Below the pieces are notes generated by a model. That model did not search any database, had not been told where the DNA came from, and was given only the letters and a program-made list of their open reading frames with translations. From Candidatus Micrarchaeota archaeon (GTDB taxonomy: Archaea > Micrarchaeota > Micrarchaeia > Micrarchaeales > CABMGC01): DNA of 64,000 bases. The DNA is taken from contig DAHXMW010000001.1 of NCBI GenBank assembly GCA_027371545.1, positions 9,378 to 73,377 on the forward strand, written 5' to 3'. Each line of letters begins with the position of its first letter. Position 1 is the stretch's first letter. Positions 27,870 through 33,959 of this stretch are shown in pieces. Position numbers and translations under genes: made by a program.

Positions 27870-29369
27870 ATGACAGGAAAAAAATCAAGAAAACTGATTA
27901 TAATCGGAATAGACTCTGCGCCGCTGTGGCTTCTTAAGAAGTTCTCCGCAGAGCATGATAAAAAAGACGGATTCTCCGAGGTATTTGGCTTTGGGAAGCG
28001 GGGCGTAATTGACCTCGAATCAACAATTCCTCCAATGACAGGTGCAGCATGGCCAAGTTTCTATACTGGGCTCCAACCTTCAAAGCATGGCTCTATGGAC
28101 TTCTTTGTGCTTGACAGACACTATACAAAGCAGCTTGTATACTTTGACAACTCAAAAGGGGCGTTTTGGGATATCCTGGGAAGACGGGGATTTGAAAGTT
28201 TCATAATAACTCCGCCTATGGCTGTCTCCCCAAGCAGCGAAAAGAATGTTCAGATGATGTCCGGCTGGCCTCTAGCCCCGCGATTCAGTTCCAATAAAAT
28301 AGAGAAATACGCGAAGAAAAGCAGCTTTGCAGGGGAGCCTGAGATAGAAAGGGAACTAAAGGAAGGGCGGATAACATTGGAGGAAGCGTCAACGCAGTAT
28401 ACAGCTAGCGCTAGGGCAAGGGCCAGGATGACAATGGAAATAGCAAAGCACGAGGATTTCGATCTGCTATTCTCATGCTTCACCGAGACGGACAGAATGC
28501 AGCACTATTCTCTTAACAATCAGAAGTGGGAGAACTACGTAATGCCAATATACTATGTAATATCTGAGGCGATAAGCGAACTTTACAAGTATGCATCGGG
28601 CAATTACGATGACTTTGCCATTATGATTGTTTCTGATCATGGCGCCCAGCCGATACGCTCAAAATTCCTCATTAATTCTTGGCTTATACGCGAGGGATAT
28701 GCCAACCTGAAGAAAAGCGTAGAAGAAAAATACAACTCCCAAAAAAGTAGCCCTGATGCGAGATATAAGATAAGAGAAATGCTGATGAGGAGCAAACTAA
28801 GAAAGGTTTACGATAAAATGCCAGGGAAGATTCACAACGCTGCGTACAGGGTTGCGGGAAGTTTGCTTTCAGGCGCATCAGCAGGAAGCTACACGCGCAT
28901 ACACGATTTTGATTTCGATATGAGGCGTACAAAGGCATTCGCATCAGTATCAAACGGGCCAATCAGCATGATATGGGTAAATGATTCAAGATTCGACATG
29001 CCTTCAGTTGAAAGACCATCTAAAGGCAAGATCAAGTCAGAGATTAAGAGAAGGCTGATGGGAATAAGGTCAATGGGAAATGGCGTCATTGCAAACGTTA
29101 TAGACGGCGAAGACTATTACGGAAAGAATCCTGCATTCATAGCCCCTGATCTTCTCATCGAGGCAGAAAGAGGATTCACGATAGACGTATTCAACTATTC
29201 AAATACGTCTTTTTACATGAAACCGGAGATCTCAAGGAGCGGTGACCATCAGCGGCATGGCATATTCGCCGTCAGGAGCAGATCAAAAAATGCAAGATGG
29301 CCAGGCAGAGGAGCATGGATAGGGGATATAAACGAATATATCCTGGAGTTTTTCAATTCTAGGCGATAA
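27870..29369 (+). CDS. alkaline-phosphatase-superfamily enzyme (type I phosphodiesterase/nucleotide pyrophosphatase-like, Thr nucleophile)
   Basis: 'IIIGIDSAPLW', 'TIPPMTGAAWPSFYTGLQPSKHG', 'VSDHGA'. Confidence 0.65.
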   Translation: MTGKKSRKLIIIGIDSAPLWLLKKFSAEHDKKDGFSEVFGFGKRGVIDLESTIPPMTGAAWPSFYTGLQPSKHGSMDFFVLDRHYTKQLVYFDNSKGAFWDILGRRGFESFIITPPMAVSPSSEKNVQMMSGWPLAPRFSSNKIEKYAKKSSFAGEPEIERELKEGRITLEEASTQYTASARARARMTMEIAKHEDFDLLFSCFTETDRMQHYSLNNQKWENYVMPIYYVISEAISELYKYASGNYDDFAIMIVSDHGAQPIRSKFLINSWLIREGYANLKKSVEEKYNSQKSSPDARYKIREMLMRSKLRKVYDKMPGKIHNAAYRVAGSLLSGASAGSYTRIHDFDFDMRRTKAFASVSNGPISMIWVNDSRFDMPSVERPSKGKIKSEIKRRLMGIRSMGNGVIANVIDGEDYYGKNPAFIAPDLLIEAERGFTIDVFNYSNTSFYMKPEISRSGDHQRHGIFAVRSRSKNARWPGRGAWIGDINEYILEFFNSRR

Positions 29370-29371
29370 CA

Positions 29372-30430
29372 ATGAAAGTATATCTGCTAGGTGGGCAAGG
29401 GCGCTTCGATAATTCATCAGGGGAAGGGGTATCCACCTATATGTACGAGATATACAGGGGCCTTAAGTCAAACAAAGGCATTAAAGCCAGCAAGATCGAG
29501 TATCCAATAAGGGACAGGACAGGAGGTGCATACTCGTGGTTCCGCATGGCAGTCATCGCTTCATTCAGCGATTATAGCCATGCAGACATAATCCACAAAG
29601 TTGACGTAAAGCCAATAAATCCTGTTAGAAAAGGCGCTGCAAAGATTGTCTCTACGGCGCATGACTTCCAGCCCCTCCTCGAGCCTGCTCTTGACTCGGA
29701 TATGTCTACTTCGCTAAAGGGGAGAATCCGACTTGCGCTTGAGACCAGATACTCCCTCAGGCTTATGCTCAAATCCGATTATCTGCTCGCAAACTCCACG
29801 CTCACAAAGAACGACGCCGTAAAGCTGGGCTTTGAGGGCAGCAGAACATTCGTGATAAACCATGGCATAGACAAGGCCTACATGTCTAACATGCCACGCA
29901 AAAAGGCTGGAAAAAAGTATGTTGTAGGATACATCGGAGCATTCAGGTCACGCAAAAATGTGGGGTTTGCAATACGCGCATTCAAAATGACATCTCAGAA
30001 AAACCTGGAGTTCAGGCTTTGGGGCAACAAGAGATATGAATACGAAAAGCTTGAATCTGCCGCAAGCGATGACAAGCGCATATATTTCATGGGCTTCGCT
30101 CCAGCGCAAAAGATAGTGGAAACATATGACAGCTTTGATGCATTTGTCTTCCCTAGCCTTTACGAAGGAATGGGGTATGAGATACTAGAAGCAAAAGCCA
30201 GAGGTTTGCCGGTAATAATATACAAGCATGCAAAGATACCCGAGGAAGTAAGGCGCTACTGCATAGAGGTTAAAGACGAGGGCGCAATGGCCGACGCCAT
30301 CGAGAATCTATGCTCTAACGGCCCAGACGATAGCATCATCTCCAAGGCTATGCGCGACGCTAGAAATTTCACATGGGAGAAGACAGTATCTAAAACAATA
30401 GAAGCATATGAAGAGATACGCGAAGCCTAG
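29372..30430 (+). CDS. GT-B glycosyltransferase (family 4/1-like)
   Basis: The C-terminal half 'FVFPSLYEGMGYEILEAKARGLPVI' carries the EX7E-type motif. Confidence 0.75.
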   Translation: MKVYLLGGQGRFDNSSGEGVSTYMYEIYRGLKSNKGIKASKIEYPIRDRTGGAYSWFRMAVIASFSDYSHADIIHKVDVKPINPVRKGAAKIVSTAHDFQPLLEPALDSDMSTSLKGRIRLALETRYSLRLMLKSDYLLANSTLTKNDAVKLGFEGSRTFVINHGIDKAYMSNMPRKKAGKKYVVGYIGAFRSRKNVGFAIRAFKMTSQKNLEFRLWGNKRYEYEKLESAASDDKRIYFMGFAPAQKIVETYDSFDAFVFPSLYEGMGYEILEAKARGLPVIIYKHAKIPEEVRRYCIEVKDEGAMADAIENLCSNGPDDSIISKAMRDARNFTWEKTVSKTIEAYEEIREA

Positions 30431-31635
30431 TATATTACGCCTATACCTGCAAACTTTCCGGAATCATAAATAAGAAACCTTCCCATCTCTGGACACTCTG
30501 CAGCGCTCTCTATAACTGTGCTTTTCGAAAGCCTGACTTTTGCCTTTCCTGTGCCTAACGGCTTAATAGAGCCTGCTTTCATAATCATCCCGCTCTTCAG
30601 ATCCATCTCGCCGAATACAGAGATATCCGCCATTAGCTCAATGCCATTCATCCTTATCTGCACTTTTTTAGGTATCCTACTCACAGAAAACATCATTGCC
30701 TCAAATTCTGTACCGCACCTGGGATTGCTTTTAAGATCAAATCCCACGCATCCGCGGGTTGCAGATGCTCCTGACATTTCCAGTGCCACATTATTTCCTT
30801 CCGAAGCAACACCCCTCTCTTTTCCCTTGACATATATTGATTTAACCTGCGCGTCTTTTCCAAGAGGCATAATGCGCATCTTCTGCCCTCCTCTCAATTT
30901 CCCGGTTATCAACTTACCGGTATATAATGTCTTCTTTCCGCTCCTTATGCTTCCCTGGAACAAGAGCCTCAGCACCTGGTTACCTTCCTTTTTAGCAGAT
31001 GTTGCCTCATAAATAAGGTTCATTAGCGGCTTGCCCATATACCATCCAATGCGCGCAGAGCGCTTTACAAGATTATCTGCTTTATATGCAGATACAGGTA
31101 CAAAGCTTATCGAACTCTGTTCAAAACCTATATTCATACAGAATTCCCGTACAGAATCCCTGATAAGTTCAAACTTCTCCTTTCTATATTCAATAGCGTC
31201 CATCTTGTTTACTGCTACTACTACTCTCCTTATCCCAAGCAGTTTCGCCAGTACGAGGTGTCTCCTTGTCTGCTCCGTTATCCCTTCTCCGTCCTTCGCA
31301 GAGACCATAAGCACGGCAAAATCCCCATAAGATGCGCCGCTTATCATATTGCCTATAAGCTCTTCGTGGCCTGGAACATCTATAAATTCGAAAGCAGCGT
31401 CCTTATAAGTAATCTGTGCCCTTGTGGTGTCTATCGTCAGTCCGCCTTCACGCTCCTCCTCAAAGCTATCTAGTATGAAACCTGGCTCAAAGTTCCTTCC
31501 TAGTTTCCTGCTTACGTTTTTTGCCTCTTCAATCCTCTGTTTTGTTGCAGACCCTGTGGCTATAAGGAGGCTTCCTATCAGAGTAGATTTGCCATGATCC
31601 TTATTTCCCAGAAGGGTAACCCTTTTGATGTCCAA
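30427..31635 (-). CDS. CysN-like translational-type GTPase (putative sulfate adenylyltransferase subunit 1; no APS-kinase domain)
   Basis: G1 'GNKDHGKST', G2 'GGLTIDT', G3 'DVPGHEE', G4 'NKMD', G5 'VSAY', plus two beta-barrel domains. TTG start preceded by AGGTG. Directly downstream of CysD. Confidence 0.65.
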   Translation of the reverse strand: MDIKRVTLLGNKDHGKSTLIGSLLIATGSATKQRIEEAKNVSRKLGRNFEPGFILDSFEEEREGGLTIDTTRAQITYKDAAFEFIDVPGHEELIGNMISGASYGDFAVLMVSAKDGEGITEQTRRHLVLAKLLGIRRVVVAVNKMDAIEYRKEKFELIRDSVREFCMNIGFEQSSISFVPVSAYKADNLVKRSARIGWYMGKPLMNLIYEATSAKKEGNQVLRLLFQGSIRSGKKTLYTGKLITGKLRGGQKMRIMPLGKDAQVKSIYVKGKERGVASEGNNVALEMSGASATRGCVGFDLKSNPRCGTEFEAMMFSVSRIPKKVQIRMNGIELMADISVFGEMDLKSGMIMKAGSIKPLGTGKAKVRLSKSTVIESAAECPEMGRFLIYDSGKFAGIGVIY

Positions 31636-31643
31636 ACAAGCAC

Positions 31644-32432
31644 CTACATATATCCAAGCGCCCTTAACTTCTCCATAACATATGCTTTCTCCTTGTCCTG
31701 CTCTCTCCCTGCTCTCTCTTCAGTCTCCGTTACCTTGAGCTCACCCATTATCTGCTTGACGCTCTTTGCATTTGATTTTACGGGAACTGTGCAATGCGTA
31801 CATCCAAGGCTTCTATACCTATATCCGTTGCTGGAATAATAAAGCGGATTTACTGGCACCTTCATCTTCATTGTATACTGCCATATATCTATCTCATTCC
31901 AATCGAGTATCGGATGAACGCGTATATGCCCTTTCGTATCCATCTTGGAGGAATAGTTGTTCCAAAGCTCAGCTGGCTGGTCCTTGTAATTCCACTTGAA
32001 CTCAGTATCCCTTGGGCTAAAGTACCTTTCCTTTGCCCTTATTCCATGCTCGTCCCTGCGTATTGATACGATAAGCGCATCAAATCCGTGCTCTTTCATA
32101 ACTTCCTTTAGTGCATCTGTCTTGTTAGACCCGCAGCAACTGAATCCGGAAAGCTCCGGTTTTATCCTACTCTTAGCAACTATCAACTCCAGGCCCCATT
32201 TTTTAGCTAAGTCGTCCCTGAACTTATAAGTTTCCGGGAAGTCTATTCCGTTGTCTATATGTATCACGGGAAAAGGCACCTTTCCTAGAAACGCCCTTCG
32301 CGCTATCATTATCATTGCAGTGGAGTCCTTGCCGCCCGACCACAGCGCAGCAACATTCTCAAACTTCTCCTTTGTCTCGCGTATTATATACGCACTCTTC
32401 TCTTCCAACTCGCCTATATTCTGCATTATCAT
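31644..32432 (-). CDS. cysD: CysD-like PP-loop ATP pyrophosphatase (putative sulfate adenylyltransferase subunit 2)
   Basis: PP-loop 'LWSGGKDS', 'RRDEHGIRAKERYFSPRD', 'RYRSLGCTHCT', and the C-terminal block 'ERAGREQDKEKAYVMEKLRALGYM' collinear with E. coli CysD '...[24 protein letters not shown]'. Confidence 0.8.
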   Translation of the reverse strand: MIMQNIGELEEKSAYIIRETKEKFENVAALWSGGKDSTAMIMIARRAFLGKVPFPVIHIDNGIDFPETYKFRDDLAKKWGLELIVAKSRIKPELSGFSCCGSNKTDALKEVMKEHGFDALIVSIRRDEHGIRAKERYFSPRDTEFKWNYKDQPAELWNNYSSKMDTKGHIRVHPILDWNEIDIWQYTMKMKVPVNPLYYSSNGYRYRSLGCTHCTVPVKSNAKSVKQIMGELKVTETEERAGREQDKEKAYVMEKLRALGYM

Positions 32433-32720
32433 CTAATCCACCTTATTCATATTCGAGAGTCCTTTGAGGTAAATCAGGGCTCCTTCAAATCTCTTCCCAT
32501 CCTTAACTGCAACAGGTACTTTTGCGACAAGCTTTCTTTTCGAATCGTAAAGCCCTACGTAAGACTTGTTCATATCATCTGCCTTTCTGAGTCCATGCTC
32601 AAAGACAACGTGATAATATCTTATATTAGAACCTCCAAGCTTCTCTCGAAGCCTATTCCAATTTTCAGCAGTATTAGCCGACCACAACGAATCAACTATA
32701 TTATCAATTTCCTTAGCCAT
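32433..32720 (-). CDS. 95-aa protein of unknown function, translationally abutted to CysD
   Basis: The ORF starts at the ATG directly after the upstream TGA and ends with a TAG directly followed by the CysD ATG. No recognisable motif. Confidence 0.45.
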   Translation of the reverse strand: MAKEIDNIVDSLWSANTAENWNRLREKLGGSNIRYYHVVFEHGLRKADDMNKSYVGLYDSKRKLVAKVPVAVKDGKRFEGALIYLKGLSNMNKVD

Positions 32721-32948
32721 TCAATCGCCTAAATATCCAAGCGCCCTTAACTTCTCCATGACAGTGCTCTTCTGCCTTGCTTTTCCGTGTTTCTCCATCT
32801 CCAACTCAGCAACAGTCTCGCGCAAGACATATGTTGCGTAGTCAGAGACCGAAGAGAAACCAGTACTGCCTATAAGCCTCTCTACGTTATCAAACAGTGC
32901 TGTCGGTATCGTTATCGTTGTATACTTCCTTCTTGTATGCGTCGCCAA
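32721..32948 (-). CDS. ribbon-helix-helix (CopG/Arc-like) DNA-binding protein with a CysD-like C-terminal tail
   Basis: RHH pattern 'KYTTITIPTALFDNVERLIGSTGFSSVSDYATYVLRETV'. The tail 'VMEKLRALGYLGD' follows. No in-frame ATG; TTG at 32948 preferred, and the maximal ORF reaches a TTG at 33005. Confidence 0.6.
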   Translation of the reverse strand: MATHTRRKYTTITIPTALFDNVERLIGSTGFSSVSDYATYVLRETVAELEMEKHGKARQKSTVMEKLRALGYLGD

Positions 32949-32967
32949 GTTATCACAAATGTAATTT

Positions 32968-32992
32968 AATGTTACAACATTAAAATATAAAA
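32968..32992 (-). promoter_or_regulatory. TATA-like box plus perfect 6-2-6 palindrome upstream of the RHH gene (candidate promoter/operator)
   Basis: Minus-strand 'ttttatatttta' (32981-32992) is immediately followed by the palindrome aatgtt-NN-aacatt (32968-32981), about 20 nt upstream of the TTG at 32948. Confidence 0.4.
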
Positions 32993-33453
32993 AGACATCG
33001 GTCAATAAACCTTATGTAAAAAATTATTCTTCTACATAAGAAGTGACGATTTTTATCCATTTACTACACAAAACCCTATCAATAGGTAAATATAAGGTCG
33101 CAAAAATGCGGCAGACCTGCGCTGCTACAGTTTCAACTAACAATTGCGGCAGGCATCATCACATCGACCTATAATCATGGGTCATCGTGTCCTGACCCTA
33201 TCATCTGCCTACCGCAGGCCAAGACAGTAATGTATGTAACCTAATATTTTTAAGAATGGACAACCAACCATGCCATGCAGCTACATGCACAGCGAAAAGC
33301 GGAAAGAGAAAAAAACTCACGATAAAGTATTTCTGCAACTGTATAGATGCAGCAGCCGACTCTGCCAGCTATATTCGTTAATTAGCGAATATGGTGGCAG
33401 GTTGCACTGCATTTAAAATACTTTTTAGGCAAGTATTAAATATCGGTGGAAAA

Positions 33454-33855
33454 ATGGTAGGTGTGAAAAATACGCGAAAAATTTCGGCTGCTAGCCCAAG
33501 GGCTTTCTACATGGAGCTTCTGGGAAGCATAATATACATGGTACTTGCATTCGCTGTTACTGGATTTGCAGCCAGTGCAGGTTCGTATGCAAATACACAG
33601 TGGAACGGAGCTGGTGCTTTGTGGTTGCCTGTCCTGTATGCCGGGGCAATAGTGAGCGCGATAGCTCTATTCTTTCTGAGCTTTGCAAATGCCGGCGAGT
33701 TCAACAATACACATCCTAAGAAAACATACGTCTTCTCGCTTGTAGGTGGATTTTCCCTTGTCGCACTGACATTCAACTCATCGCTCTTCTTGGGTGCGAT
33801 AATAGGCTTTGTCCTTGCCTTTGTAGGTGTGTTATCCGAAGAAAGGACAGAATAA
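33454..33855 (+). CDS. small four-TM membrane protein
   Basis: Hydrophobic helices. The ATG at 33454 is preceded by GGTGGA and a TATA-like 'atttaaaata'. The longer ORF from 33391 is less likely. Confidence 0.4.
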   Translation: MVGVKNTRKISAASPRAFYMELLGSIIYMVLAFAVTGFAASAGSYANTQWNGAGALWLPVLYAGAIVSAIALFFLSFANAGEFNNTHPKKTYVFSLVGGFSLVALTFNSSLFLGAIIGFVLAFVGVLSEERTE

Positions 33856-33873
33856 CAAACCGTATTGTATCGT

Positions 33874-33908
33874 GCGGTCCTCCTGGAAAGTGGTGGACCG
33901 CCTTTTTT
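33874..33908. terminator. hairpin plus T-tract between convergent genes
   Basis: gcggtcc (33874-33880) pairs with ggaccgc (33895-33901), followed by tttttt (33903-33908). Confidence 0.5.
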
Positions 33909-33959
33909 CTAAGATAAAGAGCTGCTGTTTCTGGCGTGTCCTAAAACTTGTAAAAGAGA

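Noticed and set aside
32433-33005. RHH protein plus the following 95-aa protein as a type II toxin-antitoxin pair
   Set aside because: The sizes and the RHH fold fit a TA module. However, the 95-aa protein shows no RelE/ParE/VapC/MazF-like motif that I can recognise, and both genes are translationally chained into cysD-cysN. A regulator/accessory role is more parsimonious. This was not formally excluded.
33140-33216. C/D-box or H/ACA sRNA in the long spacer
   Set aside because: The minus strand has UGAUGA-like strings (gtgatga, gatgata), but no CUGA D/D' boxes are present on that strand. No ACA trinucleotide immediately follows the lower stem on either strand. Only the generic hairpin is reported.
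33270-33416. 48-aa Cys-containing ORF (MPCSYMHSEKRKEKK...) in the spacer
   Set aside because: There is no SD or promoter context and no recognisable motif. It also overlaps the TATA-like box predicted for the downstream membrane-protein gene.
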